In this document: in pieces, positions 1-8,722 of the stretch | How positions within the stretch are numbered: the stretch's first letter is position 1 | Layout: the number at the start of each line of letters is the position of its first letter | NCBI GenBank assembly: GCA_035401985.1 | Contig: DAONCJ010000001.1 | Location: 1 to 37,213, forward strand | Length of the DNA stretch: 37,213 bases | Source: Burkholderiaceae bacterium | Lineage (GTDB): Bacteria; Pseudomonadota; Gammaproteobacteria; Burkholderiales; Burkholderiaceae_E | Reading direction: 5' to 3' | Notes under the pieces: generated by a model | What the model was told of the DNA's origin: nothing | The model's input: the letters and a program-made list of their open reading frames with translations, nothing else | Databases searched by the model: none | Position numbers and translations under genes: made by a program

Positions 1-1022
1 TCGCGAAAGCGCACGAGCGCCGGCAGGTGATCCATCAGATCGGTCTGCGAGACCGTGAGCTCGGTGTGCGCGGTGCCGAAGTGATCGGCGATCGTGCGCG
101 CATAGCCCAGCTCGCTGTAGCCGGCATCGGCGAAGCCGACCGAGAAGGTGCGCACCGGTTGCCCCGAGTGGCGTGACATCAGCGCCACCACGGCCGACGA
201 ATCGATGCCGCCCGACAGGAAGGCGCCGAACGGAACGTCACTGATCATGCGGATCCGCACGGCCTCATCGAGACGCTGCAGGAAGCCGTCGACCGGATCG
301 TCTTCATCGGATGCGGGTGCCCGCGGCTGTCCGTCGGGCGGCAGGTAATAACGCTGCTCGCGCAGCTCGCCCCGCTCCCAGACCGCGAGCGTGCCCGGCA
401 TCAGCTTGCGGATCCCGCGAAACAGCGTCTGTGGCGCCGGCACATAGCGGTAGGCGAAGTACTCCCGGATCGCGCCGGTGTGCACCGCCGCGTCGATCGC
501 GCCGCTGACCAGCAGCGCCTTGATCTCCGAGCCGAACACGAGAGCCGACGCGGATTGCGCAAAGAACAGCGGCTTCTTGCCGAAGCGGTCGCGGGCCAGC
601 ACCAGGCGCTGGCGCGGACCGTCCCACAGCGCGAACGCGAACATGCCGCGCAACCGCTGCACACACTCCAGGCCCCATTGCTCGTAGGCATGCACGATGG
701 TCTCGGTGTCGGACCGGGTGCGAAACGCGTGGCCCAGCGCGATCAGCTGGTCGCGCAGTTCGCCGAAGTTGTAGACCTCGCCGTTGAAGACGATCTGGAT
801 CGAGCCGTCCTCGTTGCCCAGCGGCTGATGTCCTGATCCGACATCGATGATCGACAGGCGCCGGTGCGCCAGTCCGATGCGGTGGCGCCCGTCGCGGGTG
901 GTGGCTTCGAAGAAGCCCTCGTCATCGGGGCCGCGATGCGAGATCGCTCCGGCCATCGCGCGCAGTGTCGCCGCGACGTCGCGGGAATCGGTGAACGAGA
1001 TGACGCCGGCGATGCCGCACAT
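1..1022 (-). CDS. asnB: Asparagine synthase (glutamine-hydrolysing)-like amidotransferase, 3' end outside the window
   Basis: Not in the ORF track; read by hand. ATG at 1022 gives MCGIAGVIS (Ntn Cys). Downstream motifs: HRGPDD, LAHRRLSIID, FNGEVYNF, SDTE, GMFAFA, RDRFGKKPL, GAFLSGGIDSS. Confidence 0.93.
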   Translation of the reverse strand, partial: MCGIAGVISFTDSRDVAATLRAMAGAISHRGPDDEGFFEATTRDGRHRIGLAHRRLSIIDVGSGHQPLGNEDGSIQIVFNGEVYNFGELRDQLIALGHAFRTRSDTETIVHAYEQWGLECVQRLRGMFAFALWDGPRQRLVLARDRFGKKPLFFAQSASALVFGSEIKALLVSGAIDAAVHTGAIREYFAYRYVPAPQTLFRGIRKLMPGTLAVWERGELREQRYYLPPDGQPRAPASDEDDPVDGFLQRLDEAVRIRMISDVPFGAFLSGGIDSSAVVALMSRHSGQPVRTFSVGFADAGYSELGYARTIADHFGTAHTELTVSQTDLMDHLPALVRFR

Positions 1023-1056
1023 GTTCGGATCCTTGCTGTCGGCGGCGTGGTGTCGG

Positions 1057-2136
1057 CTACAGACGGCTGTAGACGTCGTCGAAGTCGGCTGCAAGCCGCT
1101 CGACGGTGTACTGATGGCTCACCCGCTGGCTTGCCGCCTGCGCGATCGTGCGCGCTTCGTCGCGGTGCTCATGGACCCAGCGGATCGCGGCGGCGAGCGC
1201 CACCGGATCACGCAGAGGCACCAGCAGCCCGTCGCGCCGGTCGGTGATGACATCCGGGATGGCGCCCACGGGACAGGTGATCGGCAGCACCCCGGCCGCC
1301 ATCGCCTCGAGCAGCGAATACGGCAGTCCCTCGCTCCAGGTCGGGAACACCAGCACATCGGCCTGCAGCCAGAACCGCTCCTTGTCGCGCCCGAAGACCG
1401 GCCCGGCGAATGCCACCCGATCCGCGATGCCCAGCTGTTCGGCGTGAGCACGCAGTCGCGCTTCGTCGGCGCCGCTGCCGGCGATGGCCAGCCGCGCCGG
1501 CACGCCATCCCGGGCGAGTTGAGCAAGCGCCTCGACCGCCTCGAACAGGCCCTTGCTCTCGACGATGCGACCGAGATAGACAAGCCGCAGTTCGCCACTG
1601 GCGCGCAGGCCGCTGTCGTTCGACTCGGGCACCCAGCGGGTGTCGATCGCATTGGCGATCACGCGGGTCGACAGATCGGGCATGAACCGGCGCCACGCCT
1701 GGTCCTCGATGCGCGCGATCAGCACGAAGCTGTCCGGGATCCGGCACACCGCCCGCACCAGCCAGGCGAAGCCGGCCCTGTCACGGGTGAACGCTTCCGG
1801 CAGGGCGCCGCCATGAATCTGATAGACGATCCGCCGGCCCAGCAAACGGGCGACGAGCAGATACGCAAGGTCGCGCCAGAACGCCTTGAGGTCCATGGCC
1901 GTGTTGATGTGCACGATGGCCGGCCGCTCGCGCAGCAGCACCCAGGCCAGCCGCCACGGCGAGAACAGCATCCTTCCCAGCTTGGCCAGACGCCCTTCGG
2001 AACGTCCCTCGCTGCCGACCCGGAAATGGAGCATCCGGTATTGGCTTGCAAGCCGCGAATCCATCAGCTGATTCAGATGGGTGCTGATTCCGCTGACCGC
2101 ATGGCGGTCGGGACCCAGCAGCAGGAGGGAGCGCAT
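1057..2136 (-). CDS. Glycosyltransferase family 4 (GT-B)
   Basis: Likely start MRSLLLLG at 2136. Motifs VYLGRIVESKG, ADVLVFPT, EGLPYSLLEAMAAG (EX7E), VGAIPDVI. Confidence 0.9.
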   Translation of the reverse strand: MRSLLLLGPDRHAVSGISTHLNQLMDSRLASQYRMLHFRVGSEGRSEGRLAKLGRMLFSPWRLAWVLLRERPAIVHINTAMDLKAFWRDLAYLLVARLLGRRIVYQIHGGALPEAFTRDRAGFAWLVRAVCRIPDSFVLIARIEDQAWRRFMPDLSTRVIANAIDTRWVPESNDSGLRASGELRLVYLGRIVESKGLFEAVEALAQLARDGVPARLAIAGSGADEARLRAHAEQLGIADRVAFAGPVFGRDKERFWLQADVLVFPTWSEGLPYSLLEAMAAGVLPITCPVGAIPDVITDRRDGLLVPLRDPVALAAAIRWVHEHRDEARTIAQAASQRVSHQYTVERLAADFDDVYSRL

Positions 2137-2249
2137 GTCGAGAGAAAAGGCCTGAGGCCCAGGAGGGGTGGAGGCGAAGTGTACTTTTGGGCTGGCGCAC
2201 CGACTGTCGAATACATCACTGTCGGGCCAAGCGAGCCGCCAGCCGGCAA

Positions 2250-3452
2250 TCAGTGTGGGTGCGCGTCCACGGCCGGCCCGAGGGCGGCCGCCACCGAGTC
2301 GGCCAGAAGCTCGTATCCCCGATGGGTCAGAAGCCAGCCGCGAGCCGCGGCCGCGCGCTGCGCCATCGCGCGATGATCGCGCCGGATCGCCACCACCGCG
2401 TCGGCGAAGGCGTCGACATCCATCGGAGCGCACACGCCCGCACCCGTGCGCGTGACGAGCTCGAACTGATCGGGGATGTCGTTGACCAGCACCGGCAGAC
2501 CAAGGGCCAGATATTCGATCGTCTTGGTCGGCGAAGAGACGTCGTAGACCGGTCCGCGCGGAATGGCCGAGAGTCCCAGCTGGCATTGGCGGGCGATCGC
2601 CCACGCCTGTTCGCGCGGCAGCATGCCCGGCATGTCGATCCGATCACCGAGCCCCGATGCCGCCGCCCGGTCGGCAAGCCAGGCGAACTGCTCGGGCGTG
2701 CTGGCATCGCCCACGAGGGTGAGGCGATAGTCCGTGGATGGATCGCGGCTGCGCAGGCGCACCAGCGTGTCGATCAGGAAGTCCACCTGGCGCGCCCGGT
2801 CCATCGAGCCGAGATAGACCAGCCGGAACGGCTCGCCCTCCGTGTACGGTGGGGGCGCCGGATCGACCGGCGGCAGCGCGCCGGCATCGACGCCCATCGG
2901 CACCGACAGCATCCCGGTGAGGCGCCCCGACTCGCGGGCGAACACATCGCGCATCCGATTGCTCTGAACGAACACTGCGCGCGCCCGCGGCACGACGACG
3001 CGGTACAGCAGCCAGCGCGTGACCCGGGCGCGCAGCCGTAGCGCCATCCGGTAAGCCGGGCTGCGCAGCGGCATCGCGGCGCGTGCCAGATCGTCCTCGG
3101 GGAACGGATAGGACGCCCAGTAGAACACCGGCCGCCGGTGCGGCCAGAGCAGCGCGAGCGCCGCAGTGGCGATCTTGTCGCGCACCACGACGGCATCGTA
3201 GTCGTTGGCGCGGCGCAGCTGGCGCAGGTCATGGAGCAGACCGCCCAGATGCCGCCGCAGCGCGCCGGCACCCGGCATATGGATGAACTCGCTGCCCGCC
3301 GGCCAGCTGAGGGTCGAGCCGGCCAGCTCGCCGTGTCGAGTCCCGACGATGTCGCTGGCAATGCCTCGTGCCGCCAGACATCGGCCGAACAGCGTCAGCA
3401 CATCCGGGCGGGTGGTCGGATACGGATCGCGGATGAAATACAGCAGTTTCAC
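2250..3452 (-). CDS. Glycosyltransferase family 4 (GT-B)
   Basis: Likely GTG start (VKLLYFIRD) at 3452. Motifs LVYLGSM and SPTKTIEYLALGLPVLV. Confidence 0.85.
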   Translation of the reverse strand: MKLLYFIRDPYPTTRPDVLTLFGRCLAARGIASDIVGTRHGELAGSTLSWPAGSEFIHMPGAGALRRHLGGLLHDLRQLRRANDYDAVVVRDKIATAALALLWPHRRPVFYWASYPFPEDDLARAAMPLRSPAYRMALRLRARVTRWLLYRVVVPRARAVFVQSNRMRDVFARESGRLTGMLSVPMGVDAGALPPVDPAPPPYTEGEPFRLVYLGSMDRARQVDFLIDTLVRLRSRDPSTDYRLTLVGDASTPEQFAWLADRAAASGLGDRIDMPGMLPREQAWAIARQCQLGLSAIPRGPVYDVSSPTKTIEYLALGLPVLVNDIPDQFELVTRTGAGVCAPMDVDAFADAVVAIRRDHRAMAQRAAAARGWLLTHRGYELLADSVAAALGPAVDAHPH

Positions 3453-3478
3453 GGGCAGACGGAACGCAGGGCGAAGGC

Positions 3479-4654
3479 TCAGATGCTGTCGAGCAGTGCC
3501 CGCATCGCCAGCTCGTCGACGGGCGACGTCCCGGGCGCATCGCGCAGCACGAACAGGCCCTTGGTGAACAGGGTGCGCGTGGGGCCTGCGGACCACGGGT
3601 CCCATCGATACAGCCCGAACTTCTGAGGCAGCCAGGCGGCCTGATCGTTGAATGCGTTGGGGCCGTCCCGGCTGCCGATCAGCTCCAGCGGCTGGCTGCC
3701 CACCGCGCGGTATATCCGGATGTAAGGAGCGCGCGCTGCGTCCCAGTGAAAGCGCACCTTCATCACGAACTTGTGCCACTGACGGGTGGTCGGCGCCGAC
3801 TCGCGCCACAGCGTCGAGAGCACCGTGCGCTCGCGCAGGGTCCGCGGATCCGGATTGGACAGCGACACGAAGCGCAGCACGTTCTCGTTCAGGAACAGGT
3901 GGAACGGGGAGTTGGTCTGTGTGTCCAGCGCGTCGGGCACGACGTGGAAATCAAGAAGCGACACCTCGCCCGCACCCGGCTGCACGAGATCGGGTTCGAG
4001 CTTGACCGACCAGGCGATCCAGTAGTCGACGCCCTGCAGCACCGTGGTTCCATCGTCGCCCCAGTTGGCGCTGATCTCGCTGCGATACGTGTCGCCCCAC
4101 ATAGGGAACTCGGAGCTGATCCGATGACGGAAGGCCGCGCGCGTCGGGTCGAGCGGATCGGCCACCCGCGACAGCGCGTAGTCGCCGCCGGCGCCCGGAA
4201 TGCCCGGCTCGACGACATCGGCCAGCAGCCGGTTGGGGCCCGAGACTTGCGTGACCGCACTCCAGCGCCGCATCTGGGCGAAGGGCTGACGCGGATCGAG
4301 CCAGTAGACCACTCTGGGGTCCGAGCGATCAGGGGCCCGCACCGTTGCGGCTTGTGTCGTCGGAGCGGGGGCCGGGCTTGGCGCAGGGGCCGGGCTTGGC
4401 GCTGGAGCAGGCGCGGGCGCGGGCGTTGGAGCCGGGACCGGGACCGGGGCTGGGGCGGGAACAGGCGCTGAAACGGGTGCAGGAGCCGGAACAGGAACAG
4501 GAACAGGAACAGGAACAGGAACTGGCGACGCTGCAGCCGCGGGCGCCGCCGGTGCATTCGCCTCGCCCGCAGCGCCGCCTCCGCACGCTTTGCCTGACAG
4601 CACGATGACCGCCAAGGCGGCCGCGATGGGCAGACGGTTCCAAGCGGTTGACAT
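3479..4654 (-). CDS. Exported (possible lipoprotein) polysaccharide-lyase-like beta-sandwich protein with Pro/Ala/Val-rich linker
   Basis: Start MSTAWNRLPIAAALAVIVLSGKACGGG, then a long AP/VP linker. C-terminal domain has YRSEI, YWIAWSVKL, DFH, WHKFV and KFGLYRW, resembling Polysacc_lyase/heparinase-I-like jelly rolls. Confidence 0.6.
   Translation of the reverse strand: MSTAWNRLPIAAALAVIVLSGKACGGGAAGEANAPAAPAAAASPVPVPVPVPVPVPAPAPVSAPVPAPAPVPVPAPTPAPAPAPAPSPAPAPSPAPAPTTQAATVRAPDRSDPRVVYWLDPRQPFAQMRRWSAVTQVSGPNRLLADVVEPGIPGAGGDYALSRVADPLDPTRAAFRHRISSEFPMWGDTYRSEISANWGDDGTTVLQGVDYWIAWSVKLEPDLVQPGAGEVSLLDFHVVPDALDTQTNSPFHLFLNENVLRFVSLSNPDPRTLRERTVLSTLWRESAPTTRQWHKFVMKVRFHWDAARAPYIRIYRAVGSQPLELIGSRDGPNAFNDQAAWLPQKFGLYRWDPWSAGPTRTLFTKGLFVLRDAPGTSPVDELAMRALLDSI
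4368..4402. repeat. 18-bp-period coding duplication (GGGGCCGGGCTTGGCGC x2), encoding APSPAP twice
   Basis: Identical 17-mers at 4368-4384 and 4386-4402. Confidence 0.85.
4488..4523. repeat. Coding hexanucleotide tandem repeat (GGAACA)x5 + GGAACT, encoding Val-Pro on the minus strand
   Basis: Directly visible: ggaaca ggaaca ggaaca ggaaca ggaaca ggaact. Confidence 0.95.
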
Positions 4655-4737
4655 GGCACTCCCGAAGAGCCGGAACGGCGTGCGGCCAGAGCGCCCCGGA
4701 GCGAACCTGGCGCTGTGTGCTGCGTCGCCTGTCGCGG

Positions 4738-5478
4738 CTAGGACCGCGCGCGGAGTATACGACGAAGGCCCCGCCCGATCCGGCTGCGCAGGGTGGGCGG
4801 CTTGCCCCATGAATGGGCCCAGCGATGCACGGCGAAAGCCTCGGGAAATGATTCGCCGGCGCGGTGCGGTTCGTCCCAGCCATAGGGATAGAACCACCGG
4901 CTGGGCGCCACGCGCACGTCCGCATCGAAGCCCTCGGCAAGCAGCTGCCGGGTCACGAATGACGGTCCCGTTTCCACATTGACCGGCTGCCCCCCGAGCC
5001 GCTTTGGCAACGCATCGAGCAGGCGTGCGATCAGCGGCGAACGCGGCCGCGCTCCGATCAGGCCGGTGGAAATGTGCGCGCCATCCTCGGAACAGAACAC
5101 ATGCCCCGCATCGCCGCCCACGATCGCATCGATCGGACGCAGCGGCTCGAAGTCGGTGTCCAGGTAAACGCCACCGTGCTGGAACAGCACCTCGAGGCGC
5201 AGCACGTCGGCCATCTGTGCATAGTGGGCACATTGACTCATCAGATCGGCGCGCCGCTGAACGAAGTCGAGATTGTCGCGGTTCCACAGCCGGTATTCCC
5301 ATCCGGGGTGCAGTTCGAGCCAGCGGTCCCGGTAGCGGCGGTACTCGTCCGGCAGTTCGGGGGACGAATCATTGATCCAGACCTGATGGAAGATCCGAGG
5401 GATGAGGCCCGGCCGCTGGCCCGGCTCCCGGAGAGCCTGCGGCAGCGCCTGGACAGATGGGTCCGCGGCCTCACTCAC
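4738..5478 (-). CDS. Glycosyltransferase family 32 (DXD, OCH1-like/capsular polysaccharide synthesis)
   Basis: GTG start at 5478 preceded by GGAGG. Motifs IPRIFHQVW, W..LHPGWEYRLWN, ADVLRLEVLFQHGGVYLDTD, TGP, AFAVHRWAHSW. Confidence 0.88.
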   Translation of the reverse strand: MSEAADPSVQALPQALREPGQRPGLIPRIFHQVWINDSSPELPDEYRRYRDRWLELHPGWEYRLWNRDNLDFVQRRADLMSQCAHYAQMADVLRLEVLFQHGGVYLDTDFEPLRPIDAIVGGDAGHVFCSEDGAHISTGLIGARPRSPLIARLLDALPKRLGGQPVNVETGPSFVTRQLLAEGFDADVRVAPSRWFYPYGWDEPHRAGESFPEAFAVHRWAHSWGKPPTLRSRIGRGLRRILRARS

Positions 5479-6988
5479 GCCTGCCTCCGATTTCAACCAC
5501 ACGCACTCCGTGATGCTGGTAGACCGTCCGGCCGCAGGCCAGCACGGGCGAGCGGCCATCGGCCGACTCGACGATCGCGTAATCGACCGGTGCCGGCGGG
5601 CGGCCCGCCATCGCACAGCCTTTGGAAAACAGCGCCTCGCGATACAGATGCCTCCGGTACCACGCCTGGATGTCGGCCTGGCCGCCCGGCGTGAAGCGAT
5701 GGACGAACAGGCTCGCGCGGCCGGTGCGCCGTTCGAAGTCGTAGAACGACTCCTCCAGGACGGGATCGACCACGAAGACGCGGTCGGCCGGAATATCGCG
5801 GCGGACCCATTCGAGCAGTTCACGCTGGCCATCGGAGCGCAGCAGGTCGCGACCTGGCGGATAGACATACAACTGCAGCAGCACAGGTACCGCAGCGGGC
5901 AGCACCACCGCCAGCATGCCCAGGCGCATCCAGTGCGCGGCGCCTGCCTCGAGCTGCCGCAGGCAGAGCATCGCCATGATGAGCGCGATCAGCAGTCCCA
6001 TGCCCGAGGGCCGGAACAGCACGAAGGGGCCGAGCCGACCATCGTCGAAGTACCAGGTGAGCAGCAGCGCAAGCAGCACCCACACACTCGCGATGGCCGC
6101 CAGTGCGCCCAGCGTCCGCGTCACCCGGTCCGAGCTGCGCAGCCGGACTGCGAACGCGATGGCGCCGATCATCGCGGTCCCGAGGATGCCCGGCGTCCAC
6201 CGGACCAGCGTGCGGCCATCGAGGAAAGGGGTGGTGTGCCAGGGAAAGGCGACATAGGTGAGGATCCAACCCGTCGACGGCCCCTCGACGCGCGATGCCG
6301 CACTGAACTGTGCGTAATCGTTGCCGAGCAGGAAGTACAGCAGCGGCAGGATCGCCACCGACGCCAGCGCACCGGCCAGCACGGCACGCACCCGGGTCTC
6401 GCGCCGGGCCAGCAGCGCCACGGTGAAGATCACCGCCCAGAAGCCGCCGACAAACGCATGCAGGTAGGTGGCTGGCACCAGCCACGCATAGCATCGGCCC
6501 GGCCGCTCCATCAGCAGTTCGGTCAGTGCCAGCAGGACCAGGCCGTAGGCCAGCACCTTGGGCTCGATGCCGCGGAACATCCACTCGTTGCCGACCAGGC
6601 CTTCGCCCGCAACGATGAAGGCGAACAGCACGAACAGCAGGTCTCCTGCAGCCAGGCCAAGCCGGCTGAACAACCGGACCAGCGCAACGCAGTACAGGAC
6701 GATCGCGAGCATGCGCCCGAGGGCCTGGGCGCCGGAGAACCCGAGCAGATCGACCGCATGCCCCATCAGCGTGTTGAACACCATGGCATGCGGGAACCCG
6801 CCCAGCAGATTGCTGGCCGCGGGCCACGCATCGGGCCTCACGGTCCGGAAGGCCTCGGCGAGATACTGCTCCTCGTTGCCGGTCAGCACGCCATGCGGGC
6901 CCATCGTGATCAGCAGCACGCCGGCACACACGGCAGCCAGCACCCGGCGATCGCGCGAGGCCAGCAGGCTGACGACTAACTGCATCAT
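5471..6988 (-). CDS. Multi-pass membrane protein (DUF6798-like; candidate GT-C transferase or Wzy-like polymerase)
   Basis: ATGA overlap with the upstream dehydrogenase stop at 6985-6988. About 10 hydrophobic segments, GNEEQYL after the first helix, EPK and HAFVG motifs, soluble C-terminal tail. Confidence 0.65.
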   Translation of the reverse strand: MMQLVVSLLASRDRRVLAAVCAGVLLITMGPHGVLTGNEEQYLAEAFRTVRPDAWPAASNLLGGFPHAMVFNTLMGHAVDLLGFSGAQALGRMLAIVLYCVALVRLFSRLGLAAGDLLFVLFAFIVAGEGLVGNEWMFRGIEPKVLAYGLVLLALTELLMERPGRCYAWLVPATYLHAFVGGFWAVIFTVALLARRETRVRAVLAGALASVAILPLLYFLLGNDYAQFSAASRVEGPSTGWILTYVAFPWHTTPFLDGRTLVRWTPGILGTAMIGAIAFAVRLRSSDRVTRTLGALAAIASVWVLLALLLTWYFDDGRLGPFVLFRPSGMGLLIALIMAMLCLRQLEAGAAHWMRLGMLAVVLPAAVPVLLQLYVYPPGRDLLRSDGQRELLEWVRRDIPADRVFVVDPVLEESFYDFERRTGRASLFVHRFTPGGQADIQAWYRRHLYREALFSKGCAMAGRPPAPVDYAIVESADGRSPVLACGRTVYQHHGVRVVEIGGRRE

Positions 6989-8712
6989 AGGACGGCAGGC
7001 AGCCGGGCGCGCTCGGCCAGGCGGGACACGAAACCGTGCTCGCCGCTCACGGCGGCAAGCGGAGCGCTGTCGACGATCGCGCAGCCCGTCGGACACGTGG
7101 CGGCCAGGCGCTGGACCTCGCTGAAGCGCACGCGGTTGAAGTCCTCTGGCGCATAGCGCGCATTCAGGAACTCGCACAGCCCGGCCACCTCGTTGGCCAC
7201 GCCGCGCTCCATCGCACGGAACTCGCGCTCGACCTCGTCCACCCAGTCTGCGGGCGGCGAAGCCGCACCGCGGCCGATGCCCGTGTAGCGCACCCCACTC
7301 CCCGCGAAATCGTCCGCCCGGAAAAGATTCGCGCCATCGACCACGCCACGCGCCTGCGGCGCCTGTGCCATCAGCGCCGCGCGCTGCGCACGGTACGCCG
7401 CGTGACCGGTGCAGAAGAACACCACCTGCGCATCGGCGAGCGCCAGCGCGGCGTCGTTCGTGAACCGGGCCGACAAGCCCAGCCGGCGCAGATTCTGGTC
7501 ATCGGCCTTGACGTATGGGTCGTGCAGCCGCACCTCGCAGCCGTGCTCGATCAGCAGCCGGGCCAGCGCCATGGTCGGCGAGTTGCGGGTGTCTTCGGAG
7601 TCGAATCGGTAGGCCGTGCCGAGCAGCGCAACGCGGCTGCCGGCCAGCGGGCCCAGTGCGCGCTCGGCCAGCGCGATCAGTTCGCCGGGCGATTCGTCGT
7701 TGGTCTCGCGTGCTTGGAGGATCAGGCTGGCCGAGGTGCCAATGCCGGCCTCGATGGCACGCCACCAGAGCAGGATGCCGTCCTTGGGAAGACAGTGCCC
7801 GCCCACACCGGTCGTGGGCACCAGGACGCCGCCGCTGGGCACCGCGGTCGCGTCGCCCGAGGCCGCATCGGACTGCGACAGCCGCTGGTTGACGGCGTCG
7901 CGCAGCGCGTAGAAATCGACGCCCTCCCGATCGCAGCGGCGGACCACTTCAGCCGCGAAGGCGATGCGGACGTCGCGATAGGCGTTCTCCAGGGTCTTCA
8001 CCACCTCGGCCGTCATGCTGTTCGTCTGGTGCAATTGTCCGCCGGTGACGATGCGTCCGTACACGCGCGCGATCAGCCGCGGAGTCAGCGGATGCAGGCC
8101 CGCGACCAGCTTGTCGGACGCGGCGACGCGCTCGACCAGCCGTCCCGGCATGACCCGGTTCGGGCTGTTGCCCAGAAGGATGTCGCGGCCCTCGATCAGA
8201 CCGTGGCGTGCGAAGTGCTCGCGCACGACCGTGGTCATGCTCGAGGGCGCCAGGGTCGACTCGAACACGATCACCGGAATGTTCCCGGCGGGCTTGCGCG
8301 CAAGCGCACGGGCCAGCAGTTCCAGCGATTCGAACAGCGGACCGTAGTCGGGTTCGAGCCCCTTGCGGTCGGTCTGCACGCTGATCAGCACCATGTCGGC
8401 ATCGCGGATGTCGTCATAGTCGCTGGTCGCGCTCAGCACACCGCGCGCCACCGAATCGCGGACGATGTCGTCGAGCCCGGGCTCGATGCCGCCGATCACG
8501 CTGTGGCCGGCATTGATCGCCGCCACCTTCCAGCCGGAGGTGGGTGAGTCTCGCTGGACCACGACCACTTTCGCCGGCTCGTCGGAACCCTCGGTGATGC
8601 GCGCATGGGCCAGCAGCGCGGCCATCGGCATGCCGACGATGCCGGGACCGACGACGGCGATCTTGCGCAGATGCCAGTTGAATTGCTCGGGGGAGGTGAA
8701 GCTGAGAGGCAT
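6985..8712 (-). CDS. Nucleotide-sugar 6-dehydrogenase (WbpA/WecC-like) with C-terminal extension
   Basis: Start MPLSF at 8712. Motifs GPGIVG (Rossmann), FESTLAP, AEVVKTLENAYRDVRIAFA, catalytic GGHCLPKD, DTRNSP, HDPYV. Confidence 0.9.
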   Translation of the reverse strand: MPLSFTSPEQFNWHLRKIAVVGPGIVGMPMAALLAHARITEGSDEPAKVVVVQRDSPTSGWKVAAINAGHSVIGGIEPGLDDIVRDSVARGVLSATSDYDDIRDADMVLISVQTDRKGLEPDYGPLFESLELLARALARKPAGNIPVIVFESTLAPSSMTTVVREHFARHGLIEGRDILLGNSPNRVMPGRLVERVAASDKLVAGLHPLTPRLIARVYGRIVTGGQLHQTNSMTAEVVKTLENAYRDVRIAFAAEVVRRCDREGVDFYALRDAVNQRLSQSDAASGDATAVPSGGVLVPTTGVGGHCLPKDGILLWWRAIEAGIGTSASLILQARETNDESPGELIALAERALGPLAGSRVALLGTAYRFDSEDTRNSPTMALARLLIEHGCEVRLHDPYVKADDQNLRRLGLSARFTNDAALALADAQVVFFCTGHAAYRAQRAALMAQAPQARGVVDGANLFRADDFAGSGVRYTGIGRGAASPPADWVDEVEREFRAMERGVANEVAGLCEFLNARYAPEDFNRVRFSEVQRLAATCPTGCAIVDSAPLAAVSGEHGFVSRLAERARLPAVL

Positions 8713-8722
8713 GTTCGGATTC

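Noticed and set aside
4345-4659. EQEQEQ and FLFLFL ORFs in other frames; possible CRISPR-like repeat
   Set aside because: Alternative readings of the GGAACA microsatellite. There are no spacers and no cas genes.
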